DNA from: Macrostomum lignano
Lineage: Eukaryota
Direction of reading: 5' to 3'
Assembly (NCBI GenBank): GCA_002269645.1
Contig: NIVC01000764.1
Span: 1-64,000 of the forward strand
DNA length: 64,000 nt
Numbering within the stretch: position 1 is the stretch's first letter; each line of letters starts with the position of its first letter. The notes under the pieces were generated by a model. That model was not told the origin of the DNA and searched no databases. It was given only the letters and a program-made list of their open reading frames with translations. The position numbers and the translations under genes are program-made. This document shows positions 1-11,646 of the stretch, piece after piece.

Positions 1-3000
1 TTGAATCCAATAGATATTCTCATAAATGTTACCAGTGCTGTGATAAAGAGTGCAACAGGTTCTGTGTAAAATTTTGTTTGCCTGCAAACTGGGCATTTCC
101 ATCATTTTTTACAATGGAAAATCGCTGACAATGAGCCACTGGAGCTTAAGAGACATTGTTGTGGAGTTTCGCGACCAAAACGACACTTACGTATCCACAA
201 GTCTCATATCTGATCAAAAGTTTAAAGTCGTTTCCTTTGTTAGAATCGGAGAGCTGCCCGAGTCAAAATCTCGCCTGCTCAACTCTCTCCTGAACGGAAA
301 TGACCATGCAACATTTTTTCACAGGGACTGCACCGGTGGGCATAGTCGCAGAGTTTTAAGCAACGGGCTTGTCGAAGCAACAGTCTTTCTGCCCGTTTCC
401 AGCCGCAAGTCATTTGAAGCACCGTTTCTAGCGGCAAACTTGCGGGGCGACTTGCTTCAGTTTAGCCAACAAGCGGGGATCTTGAGTGAAATTTCACAAA
501 TAGTGGTTGTGTTTATCGATGCGCAGAGCTTTGTTAATCCTGAGTGCTTTACGCTGCTACAAAAACTCGAAACAAGACTTACGCTTCTCCTTGTCTTGTA
601 CAAGACAGAAGCAACCACAATTTCGAAGGCTGAGTTTCGCACCGAGCACGAAGCTTTTCTGCAGCGCAACGGTAGTGTTTTTGCGTTTAGAAAAAAGGGC
701 AGGAAGAGTGAAAGAGAGGTGTGCTCAGAAATAGAACTCATTCTGAACGCCCAAATTTGCAAATGCGAGGGTTTTCAGATGGAAAAACTCGAAATTCGGC
801 GCGCAAACTTGGATGAGAGCGAAAAAGTATCGCAAACAAAGCGTTTGTCTCTGGAAATAATGAAATATTTTGTCTCTGAGAAATCAGCTCAATTTAAACA
901 GAAGCATCTGCCATTGCAAACCTTATGGCTGGAGGTCAGCAAGCTCTACAAGGTGGAGAACGCTGCAAAAACAGCTCAAACAGATCAACTCATTAGCCAA
1001 AAAATGAGAATGGAAAAGAGAAGTGCACAGCTTAGGATTTGTGAAAGACTGAGCGAGTTCATCATCGTTTTTGTGAAATCCTTGTTAAATTTAATAAAAA
1101 GCGAAGATGCTGAACTCGCAGTAAAACTTCTGCTGCAATGGATGAAACTAACGTTCGACAATAAGTCAAGGAAACTATTGCCTCAGCTGCAGAAGAAATG
1201 CAACGAGCTTCGGGATCATACGCAAAATAGACGAAAGCTGGATTCTGTTCCCAAAGACACATTAGCCTCTGTACAGAAAACTACTCTAGATGCTTCAGTC
1301 GGACTCGAAAATGTGTTTCGAGAAGTTGGCCAAATTTTTGAAGCCTCTAGTGGAAATCCAAACCGTGTTCCTCGAAGTCTCCTAAATTTTGTACAGCCAC
1401 TACCGAAATTGTTTGCTCAGTTGCTTCTTTGGGGAGTCCCCCTGGAGTTTTTGGATGGCGACGCTGGAAACATCCCGTCTGCCTGGATCTCTGCTATCCT
1501 CAAGAGCTGCCAGGAGCTGGTCGGTGACAAGAAGATCTACGTGATCTCCGTGCTCGGTCTGCAGAGCTCAGGCAAGTCCACTCTGCTCAACACCATGTTC
1601 GGCTGAAGTTCGCAGTGAGCGCAGGTCGCTGCACTCGAGGCGCATTTCTGCAGCTGGTTCCGGTGGAGTCGGGAATGCCGTTCGACTATGTCGCTGTGCT
1701 CGACACCGAGGGCCTGAGAGCTCCCGAGCTGGGTCTGGACAAGCATCACCATGACAACGAGCTGGCTACACTGGTCATCGGACTGGGCGACGTAACAATA
1801 ATTAACATCAAGGGCGAAAACTCAGCCGAGATGAAGGATATCCTACAGATCGCGATTCATGCCTTTATCAGAATGAAGATGGCTAACAGGATGAGAGATT
1901 TACACAGACACTGCATCTTCATCCACCAAAATGTTCCTGCAGTTGGAGCTAAAGAGCTGATGCAGGAGGCAGCATTCAAAATGCAGCAGACACTGGACGC
2001 TATCACTAAAGAGGCAGCTGAGGGAGAAGGTTTGCGTGGTGTCTGCGGCTTCACTGACATTATTTCATTTGAAAAAGAGTCCGACATTTTTTACATGTCA
2101 GACCTTTGGCAGGGCGACCCTCCGATGGCTCCAGTGAACCCTGGATACGCACAGAAGGTGTCGGCTATCAAAGACTATTTGCTACATCTTCTTGAAGGGG
2201 AAAGAAAGCACTTTCTCAGCTTTCCCGAATTCTCCTGCCGTCTCGCCGATCTTTGGAAAGCAATCCTATCTGAGGATTTCGTCTTCAGTTTCAAGAACAC
2301 CATACAGCTTAAAGCCTACAGCCAAATGGAAGCAGAGTTTTTCGAGGCAAAAAATCTCATGGAACAAGCTGCAGAAGAATGGCTTAACAGGGAGGCGTCA
2401 ATTCAGATAAAAAAGTGCCGTGATGTTACCGAGCTTTGCAAAGTTCGGGAGCAAAATTTGAGTGAACTTCAAGGCCTCGTCAGTAAACACCTGGAAAGTA
2501 GCCGAAGCCGACTTGAGAAGTTTTTCGAGGAGGGCCAATACAGCGAGTATGCAATTGAGTGGAAGGAACGAAAAATTATTGCTTTGCAAAACTTCTCCAA
2601 GGATCTGCAACAAGAAATGAAGAAAAAGCTTTTCATCATGACGGAGCGCCACAAAGCTGACACCGAAAGGGAGCGGAAAAATGCAGAGATGGAGCGTCGG
2701 ATCCTCGCAAAAGCAAAAATCTAGCAAAGCAGTTTCGAGGTCAAAACTTGGATGTGCAGTTTTTGAAACGAGGGTTTGAAAGGGAATGGCAAATATTCAT
2801 GGATGACCTGCCTGTTGAGTCAACCGACGAGACACAGCGTATCGAAACGCAAATTGTTTTATGTCTGGAGGAACTTTATGAAACCAACATTAAGATGTTG
2901 CGCTATTATCTTGAAAAAAAACCAATAAATTCTGGTGAAGATAGACTTGCTGTTTTGACGGAGTTTTTAAATGAAGAAGAGAATTCTTTTCAGTTGATTC

Positions 3001-4582
3001 AGGTCCAACCTTCAAGTGTTCAACGTTTCACTCAAGGAGTTAAAAATTTGTTATCTGGAGCTGAAAATCGTTTGGATGAAGCAGATGAAGCTACAAAACA
3101 GGAAGTTCAAAAGTCCTGCAACAATATTTTGACATCATCGCTCCAATTATAGATGATATGAAGAAACAGACCACAGGGTTTCAGAGACAGTTCGTTGTAG
3201 CGATTCAGAAAGCCATTCGGCTAGGAGTCGAGGAGCAAGTAAATGGAAAACTAGACAAGCGCGGCATTAGCTCAACACCAGCCCTTGAAATCAAACTTGT
3301 GACTCACGCACTGAGATTCACTTATCCAATTTTCATCGAAATGGATGAAAAATTTCACGAGGGGCAAAGTCTCAAAGCCAAATTGGCGCTGTCAAAAGAT
3401 CAGATGTGGAACTTGTTTCAAAACATTGTTCAGCAGCACAACCATTCTAAAATTTCAGCAGACTTTTGCCGAGATCATCTGGCCGTCGTTATCAAAGATG
3501 CTGTCAAAGCGCGAATGGAGAGAATCCTAAAAAGGCAAATAATTACCAATATCGGCACAACAAAATACCAATTAATCGTCACGGTGCTCACTGACAAGGC
3601 TCGGAATGATGATTTCGATTCTATTATTCAGTACAGTCAGAATCCACACTCGTCAGCTCTTAAATGGGTAACGGATTTCGCAGAAAAGAGGCTATTTCAC
3701 AAGAAGCGAACAGACAAAGATTCATTATTCTGTCATCTTATTCTATCCGAACTGGTGGATCCAATCTTAGAATCAATTAAAACTGCCGCAGAACTTTCAG
3801 CCAGCAGTTCAAAGAATCTTTCATCGTGGATCGATGGATTTTGCAAGGCCGCAGGAAATGAGCTTGCAGTTCTGCCTCGAAACCTGCAAAACATGTTGCA
3901 GTTCAAATCGGCCACCACTGGCGATATGAAAAGTTATTTGCTTGACGGTTTATTTAAGCTGAGATCGGATCTGCATTCCCACTACAATGCTGTCACTGAG
4001 AATTCTGTAGAGTGGCATGGAGAGAAAACTCTCTATGCAGACGTGATTCAGACTCTGTGGGGCTGCAAAGAGCAGTGCCCCTTCTGTAGAGAGCCGTGTC
4101 AGAAAGCTGACCCGAATCACTGCGAAACCGATGGAAGCCCTCATTGCTGCATTCAGCATCGACCTAAGGCTGTTTGTGGGACGTATAAAATCAGTAACGA
4201 TGAATTAAGCTTTAAAACATGTGAAAATTCTGTTAAAGGTGAATCTAAATTCACTTGTAATGTGTGCAAACGAGAAGGGAAGACATCTGAATCATGTTCT
4301 TCCGACACAAGTCGCGCCGCACGTCGAGAAGTTCGGCATCCGTACAAGGAATACAAGAAGCAATTTCCAGATTGGGAGATCGTACCGGACGCAGCCAATG
4401 ACTCGGCAAAATTCTGGATGTGGTTCTGCTGGACATATCAGCGGCAGCTACAGGAGAAGTGGCAGAAAGGACTCGGCCAGATCCCGCCCGCTTGGCAGGA
4501 CGTCTCAAAGGAAGACGCCATCAACAGTCTTCGAGTCTTCTGTAAGGTTATCGCAGTTTTTAAAACTACTGTAAAGTGTTAG
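1..4582 (+). CDS. VLIG-type very large GTPase (GVIN1/URGCP-like), 5' end outside window, intronless, frameshifted in this assembly
   Basis: ORFs 50-1606, 1615-2724, 2748-3152 and 3158-4582 join by successive -1 shifts. G1 is GLQSSGKSTLLNTMFG, G2 region AGRCTRG, G3 DTEG, G4-like HQN. N-terminal WSLRDIVVEFR and C-terminal GCKEQCPFCREPC...HRP...FPDWEI are typical of the GVIN1/URGCP family. Could be a pseudogene if the lesions are real. Confidence 0.85.
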
Positions 4583-6992
4583 CTACGAGTACAATGTTCT
4601 TTATGAAGGGATACGAGCTATGATTTTCACTTAGTTTTATTCAATGGAATCAGAATGCCTTCACATCAACATGACTTTTTGACAGATTATCCAGGTTTTG
4701 AACTGCTTAGCTGCCAGAAAAGATCTAAAATTTAGTTTAAGTATGAAATTTTAATTTTAATACTAATAATTGAATCTACCAGCTAGAAGACGTTTTCTTC
4801 AAATTGAATGTGTCTAAAAATTAATGGACGTGGAATTCTTACAGACTATCGGTCTGATCTTTGTTTCAAAGACTGTTGATAATTTGTGTTTGAGCTGGGC
4901 TCGGTGGTGTTCAGGTCTCTAAAACAGTTTTAAATAGCTACTAAAACCTAAAACGAAATAAAAAATTGTCGCTTTTTGTCTTACATGTACATCCGGTCGA
5001 ACTATATTTTTATTAGCTATCTTGTTACGAGCTATTTTTCACTCTTAGTTAAAAAATCGGACTTTAAATTACGAGTAACAATACCCAAAGTATAGCTAGC
5101 TACTATTGGTTTAATGAAGTAAATGTACGACAAACATTTAAAATAGAGAAAAATTTGGCCTTCAAATAAAATTATTTGGCATTTTCAACTCTTAGTTTTT
5201 AGCTTTTACAACTTCATCCATGCAACCCCTTATAATGTACGATGTCCCAATCGATACTTACGAATGAACTACGTAGTTTATGTTGTAGCTAATTTTTGTC
5301 TTGCCGTGATTTATGTGTTCATTAAAAAGTTTAATTGAGAATATTTTAATTATTGTAGTAGTCTTCAAGTCTGTCAGTATAGCACTACAGTAGATTTTAT
5401 TTTTTAATTAGAATAGCTACATGTAAATCGCTCTATTCATCCACCAGCTTCCGCAAGTTACTTAAAAATACTAAAATATTTTCGTTACAGAAATCTTACA
5501 TGCAATTAAAAGGGACGTGGTGGGATACCTAATTTGGAGACACGGGAAAAGTTGGAGACATGGAAAAAATCGTCTTAAAACCGGGAAATTCAGACTTAAT
5601 GATTTCGAAATTCATTTCTTAAGTTTTAAAAGTATTTGAAAACGATCGAAGGAAGTTCGGGCTTTTTAGCACCAACCTATAGACAAAAGACTTCAAGGAT
5701 TTAGGCAAACTCTTACTAAAGAAATAAAGAAACTACAGTGCAAATAGCCCACTCTGACTTTTATTTAAAAAATCTATGGAAACCAGCGATGTAGCAAATA
5801 ATACCCGAGCACGAAAGATAAAAACAAACCCAAATTTAATTTTTTTTAGTTAAACTTGTTAATTTTTTCTTCTTTACATTCCTTTTTGGTGGAGAAGAGC
5901 GAGCTTTACATGTATTTTTTGGACTAGCTACCACAGATACATGATCTCTCGAAAATTTTCCTGGAAATAAAGTGTGTTTAAATTGAGCCTCATTTTTAGC
6001 TTGTAAGCTATTTTGTTTGTTTTTGCTTATTCCAGATTCCACTCCTTAACCAATTAAATATAGCTACTTTGTAACAATAGCTAACGGCGCCCAACCTATA
6101 TATCTTACCTTGAGTCTAGTTATAATTTGTTATAAATAGCTAGCTACCTGTTTTTTTACATATTTACGCAAGGCTTTTTTATAAAAGCTGCTTTGTTCTG
6201 CTTTTAATCCTTTTAAAACGTTTTTTATCTAAATTAAAATCTTCAAACGAGCCATGTCTACCTATCGTCGGTAGCTAATAAAAATTTACGATATACCAAT
6301 TCATGTTGAAGTTTTAAATACATACATGTACTTCGAAGTACTTTATTTAATCATTTCAATTATTTATCTATAGTAATAAGTGCCTACTGAATAGAAACCA
6401 AGAAAAGTGGTTTGAATGTTCGTTTTTTCTAAAAATCAGAGGGTTCAGAATCAGAATCAAAATCAGAATCAATCAAAATCAGAGGGTTTGGAGTAGAGAC
6501 GCAAATTAAAGTGCTCCAATAAGCAGGACGCGGTCCTAACTTGCGAAGCTGCTTAAAAAGTGAATCATATATTCTAATTATTGCGCAAATATTGTCACCA
6601 ATTAGCATTTGATTCACTGGTAGCATTTTGTCTTTTAATTTTGCTCCTATTTTGCGGTATCAATAAAGTTTAATTTCTTATACATTTTTTAAGTTTACCG
6701 ATCAACAGATGCGTCATTTTAGTTAGAGGCTGGGGGCTGTGTACATCCTGTTGCACTTTAAGCGACATTGTCACACAACCTGCGAGAGGCATTAGCTAGC
6801 TACTACCCATTCCGCCAACTATGGCCTGAGCAGGCACACAAGCCGGCCGCGGATACATACGCAGTCTCCTTACCACGGACCACTAGAATTCTAGTGGTCC
6901 TTGCTACTTACAGGCCCACACTCACACAGGTGTACGAGCCCTTACCATTGATTAAATTCACGTCTCTTTTAAAGCCATGTTGCACCTGCGAA

Positions 6993-7250
6993 GGGGCTGT
7001 AGCCCAGTGGTCCAGCCCGGCTCTCTTATGGGCCAGCGAACCAGGCTCGATTCCAAGTGCAGACTTAGTCACTTCAAGTCACAGTAATTTGGGGCTCTAC
7101 AAGTTATTTGGAATCTCGGCTCGGGTCCGCTCGTGCGATTAACGCCCTTGAGGGCCAACCTCCAAGCTACAGTGAAGTGTAAATGCCTAAAATCTGGAAT
7201 ATCCGTTGGTCTAGTTCTGTGATAAAAGCATTGAAAATTAAAATATCCTT
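6993..7250 (+). mobile_element. Candidate tRNA-derived SINE (degenerate tRNA-like head plus unique body)
   Basis: GGGGCTG-TAGCCCAGTGG (A-box-like, 6993-7010) and GGCTCGATTCC (B-box-like, ~7044-7054). The cloverleaf stems are imperfect, so it is not a functional tRNA. The 3' limit is uncertain. Confidence 0.4.
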
Positions 7251-7827
7251 TGGCTGGGGTCACAGGTGCGTCGATAAAGATGGAAGGAGATGCCCTCCCA
7301 CGTTAAAGTTATCCGGGCATGCTCGTATATCAGCTATATTTGCTTGTGCCACTTGTAAAAACTTCCAAAAAGCATAATCGACGTCTAAAGAAACAAAATT
7401 CTACATACAAATATTGAACCAAGAATTCCTTACGGTAAATTAAACTTAGGCAAGCTGCATTAGAAATTTTAATTACTCTATGAAACATTGTAACAATTAC
7501 AATTAGGTTCAGATTTTGTCAGTGATCAGATTCACAGACAACTGAACTACATGTAAAAGAACGCTGCACTTCACTTTCTTAGAAATGATCTGGAGGCCGG
7601 TAAGGAACTCATGCTCATAACCGTAGAATTGCTACTGCCTTTAGTGTGATATAGAGAAATCGATATTTCGCAACCGAATTTGCTATGGCGTGACCTCATT
7701 GCGTTCTTAAGAGCATACTACAAATGAACTAGCGATACAAAAAAATACACGTTCCGTATCGGCTTCATTTCTAAGAAAGTCGACTGTAGCGTCCTACTGC
7801 TTCAGTTGTCCATGATCGGATTATGCA

Positions 7828-8373
7828 TCACTTCTTGCCACCGCGCCACCGCCTGCCAGTTCCCGGCGGCCAGTTCATGGTCTGCCCGGCAAACACGTGC
7901 ATGTGCAAATGTGGCACAGCCTGGAGTGCATCATCTCCATTATTCAGCACCATCCGGTATCCGTGCTCAACACCTCTCTGCTTAGCAACTCGCCTAGCAA
8001 CCATGAACAGGTGGCCCAACAATTGTTCGTCGCAATCCTGAGCCTCTTCAAGCGTGGCGAGCTGCTTCTTCGGCACCACCAGAAACTGGATCGGCACCAC
8101 CTGGTTGAGTCCCAGGAAAGCGATGGCCTGCTCGTCCTCGTACAGGATGGTGGCCGGCGCCTTGCGCTGGATGATTCGCGTAAAAATCGACGGTCGCCTG
8201 CTCGCCAGCTCGTTTGATAAGGCGCAACGATCGCCGCGTCGGTCGGTGTAGCGAGATGACGAGGCGCTGATGAAGGAGGCTGCAAGGCCGAGTAGAAGCA
8301 GCAGGCAGAGTCCCGCAGACAAACAGACGCTGTGCCGGTGTAGCACTCGGTAGTATATGTACGAGAACTGCAT
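7828..8373 (-). CDS. HINT: Histidine triad nucleotide-binding protein (HINT-like), 181 aa, single exon, with hydrophobic N-terminal leader
   Basis: SIFTRIIQRKAPATILYEDEQAIAF, FLVVPKK, GYRMVLNNG, HIT motif HLHMHVF, and the HINT1/2-type C-terminal WPPG. ATG at 8373. Confidence 0.9.
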   Translation of the reverse strand: MQFSYIYYRVLHRHSVCLSAGLCLLLLLGLAASFISASSSRYTDRRGDRCALSNELASRRPSIFTRIIQRKAPATILYEDEQAIAFLGLNQVVPIQFLVVPKKQLATLEEAQDCDEQLLGHLFMVARRVAKQRGVEHGYRMVLNNGDDALQAVPHLHMHVFAGQTMNWPPGTGRRWRGGKK

Positions 8374-8849
8374 TCTGTTTATTCTTAAACTCTCCGGCTG
8401 AGGCAGCTTTGACTTGAGCTCGGTAGCAATTCTTACCGAATAAAGGCGTAGATATATTAAGCTATGGAGACATTATGAAGCACAGTGAGCAATCGATTTT
8501 GTTTGAGCTTGCCTGCACCAACTCTGCAGAGCTCAGTTGCACCGCTGTATAAGCAGCTGTTTGCCGTGTGCCCAGCGTGAGCACTTTGTGAGCCACGTCA
8601 AGTCTAGCTGCTGCCTATATGCTCGTATTGAGTTGCAATGCTCTGTGCATTTGCCAACAGTACGCTTGGCTTTCTATTTTTAGTTTTCAGTCTCGTAATT
8701 CATTCTGAGTAGTTGCTAATACTCTAGGGTCTATGGAGCATATACAATACGAGTAATATACTCGGTCAGTTTATACTCAGCAACAGTAAAACGTTCCACC
8801 TTCCAAGCGAGATGAATTTTTCTCTCTTTTTTTCTCTTGCAAGTGACGC

Positions 8850-9200
8850 AGCTTACGACACGCGCGAAGCTTATTGCCACTTGGGGGTTGTCCAGGAAGA
8901 CAGCGCGCCGCCACACCAAGCCGATGCTGTTAGTCAACTGAAAGAACAGCTACAGCTGCGCACTCTGGGCTGGCCTTCTCGGTCCCCAGACATGAATCCC
9001 ATCTAGCATGTCTGGGACTTCCTAAAACGCAGTATTCATTCGAAAAGAGAATCCACCACAGATTGTTGCGAAGCTGCGTCATGCCATTGAAAACGCTTGG
9101 CAGCAGCTTCCCCTGGATTTGTTGCGCCGCGTCATCCAGGATGCCACGCAGAGTCTCCACACTTCCGCGTGCGAGGGGTTCCTACATGTTTATTAGGCAT
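8850..9200 (+). mobile_element. Degenerate Tc1 (DD34E) transposase remnant
   Basis: QEDSAPPH...WPSRSPDMNPI*HVWDFLKR. There are 34 residues between the D and the position of the catalytic E, which is now TAG. Further stops downstream. No TIR pair found. Confidence 0.8.
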
Positions 9201-9689
9201 CGCGATTCTAACGGCATATTGCATAAAAATAAATGTCATGATTTTGTGCGACTGGCGTTTATTATTGATTCAATCAACTTTCCTTTCCTCGCGGCGGCCT
9301 AGTTGCGTAACTTGAGGGTGGAATTGTTAGTGAGAAGTTGTCGCAATAATGCATCGGTTTGCGCGAGCCCGCGAGGACTAACCGCCTTTAGTGCAAGGGG
9401 GGCTGTTTGGGTGTTGGCTGTCTGGTGGGGTGGTGGGTGCGTTGTACACGCCGTGTGCCTATTTGGGCCGCCACCTTTGTGGCTACTGGGGTTTGCTCGC
9501 GTTAGGAATTTTTTTCTCGCTAATCTATATATTTTTAAATCCTGTCTAATCAATTTGTTTCGACAATACACGAAAGAAATACTATCGACTGAATTGGGGT
9601 GCATCCCTAGCTTTTTGTTGCCTCGCCGTCGCCACACTCGGTTTGTCTTTGCCTCGCCTTCACTAAGTGAGAAAATTTTCATCTCGATG

Positions 9690-10700
9690 GCACTAAGAAT
9701 GAAGCTGCTTTTATCCAGCCACCGCTACCAAGACGAAAAGCAGGAGCTGGCCAGGATCTACGGAGAAAAGGAAAACACTTTTTGCCCCATGTCCACGTTC
9801 GAGAGCCGGAAGTGGCGCCAAGGAGAGGCGCTGAGGGAACTGTGTTAAGCGCTTATGCTTCTCTATAGAAAGGCACGCTCTGAGCACGACGAGACACTGA
9901 AAGGTGACTGTCGTGCTATCTGTGTGCAGCCGCTGTTCAGGCAAAGGACACCCCAGCTGAGCTTTGACCGACACCGGCTTCGGAAAACTTCTGAGGACTG
10001 GTGAGTGCGGGCCATCACCAGCCCTGTCTAGCAAGACCCAAACTGTCTCGATCTATCTGCCATCTTTCTGCCAGCATCGCTGACCGGTTCTGATGGTGGC
10101 TGTTCGACACGGCTTACAGGTAACGCTGGTATCAGGTGCACTGCTATGACTTCTGGGAGTCGCCAATCAGCTTCATCCACCGCTCAGCACACCAGTCGAA
10201 ATCTATGATCGACGTTTGGAGTCTCCAGCGAGCGCAACGCTGCCGCCCATGGAGCACCAGGTGACGCTGGTTTCTGGCATTCAGCCAGAATGCATGCTCA
10301 GCATGGATACTATCGGAAAAGTGTGGTCAACTTTTTTAGTGTCAATTTCTAGCCGTCTTCTAGTCTTTTATTCAACTAGGGTCAACCAGGGTTGCAATCC
10401 TGCGGGATAGGAGCTCCACGTAGGTCTGCAGAGTAGTGCCCACCGTTGTGATCGCCCGAGTTGCCAGCACAGTGTCCATCCCAGCCCGCAGCCGCGTCAT
10501 CATCCCAGTCAAGGGGCCATCGTATGTCGAGCAGAGTCTGTTCGAGCCCAACTCAGATTTCATCGACAACACTGGTCTGCTGCCACAACAGGGCTCTGGT
10601 GGACTCCAGCGCGGACGAAAACCTCTCAGTGGCAGTCTGCACCAAGGATCACTAGAAGTTACCTCTTCTTCTAGACTTCCAGTCTAGTGATCCTTGCGTC
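9690..10700 (+). mobile_element. Degraded LTR-retrotransposon (Gypsy-like) gag-protease remnant
   Basis: Partial zinc knuckle CSRCSGKGH at 9925. Frameshifted aspartic-protease motif LFDT(G)LQVTLVS at ~10100-10135. Post-protease linker-like STVSIPARSRVIIPV. Multiple stops, and LTRs not identified. Confidence 0.5.
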
Positions 10701-11646
10701 TAAAACCTGAGTACAGATCAAGTTTTGTTCTACCAGAACCAGGCGATCCGCAACTTTGACGTTGCCATAATAAATGAACCGAGCGGTGAATCTGCCGACG
10801 ACGAGGCTAAGCCTCAACATGAACCCAGAGCTGAGCAAATAGCCACCCGAGCGCTAGGGTGTACAGCGGCCCTGACTTTCGAATCATGACATGTACACTC
10901 TCTGTACTTTGGGGGCTGACCCTTATGAATTCGAATCGGACGACAAGCCCACGGCCATTTTCGTGCTCACAAGCCCCAAATTAATGCGGCCACGCACGGG
11001 ATCCAACCGGAGGTCGTGACGCGAGAGTCAGACGCGCCCCTTTACTACATATGAAAAAGATAGAAATAATATTGTACTGGCTCTATATTCTTGTAGATCG
11101 AGCAATACTGCCAATCAATTCGTCGATACATAATTCCCGGCATAACTTCAGCATAATTTGTACCGAAAACAAGGATGCTATAAATTTACAGATCAAGGAC
11201 ATACATGTATTATCACAATAGCCGCTTGGACATTATATGCTAATGAAATTTCTACGTGTGTAAATTAATTTACAAGAAAAAATGTGTGCTCTAACATCCA
11301 GTGGCTGGACTTCAAAAGGGGTTCGTACGCTTGAGTCAACCTATTAGCTACCATAGACTTGCGGCAAAAGTTAAAGACAGCCAACCTGCTTGCATAACCT
11401 CCTACAGCGCTCTTGGCCACAGACAGAAGGCCTGCAAGTTTAAGTGCATCAATTTGTCCTAATACTGGTAGAATTAACATAGGAATTCTCAAGGTACAGT
11501 CAGTAAAAATAATAAAGAGCTGCTAATTCTGCTGACAACTTTCGCACTTGGCTCAGTGAACCCAGAGGATTTCGCATCGGTCTAAATAATTCAACAAGAG
11601 CGCCCCAGATTGCTGCACGGTATAAAATTCAAATTTACCGAATAAA

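Noticed and set aside
5505-5560. TTAAAGGGAC... as a possible Kolobok/piggyBac-type terminus
   Set aside because: No complementary end was found nearby.
9303-9848. 181-aa plus-strand ORF
   Set aside because: It has a non-ATG start and no recognisable domain, and it overlaps retroelement debris.
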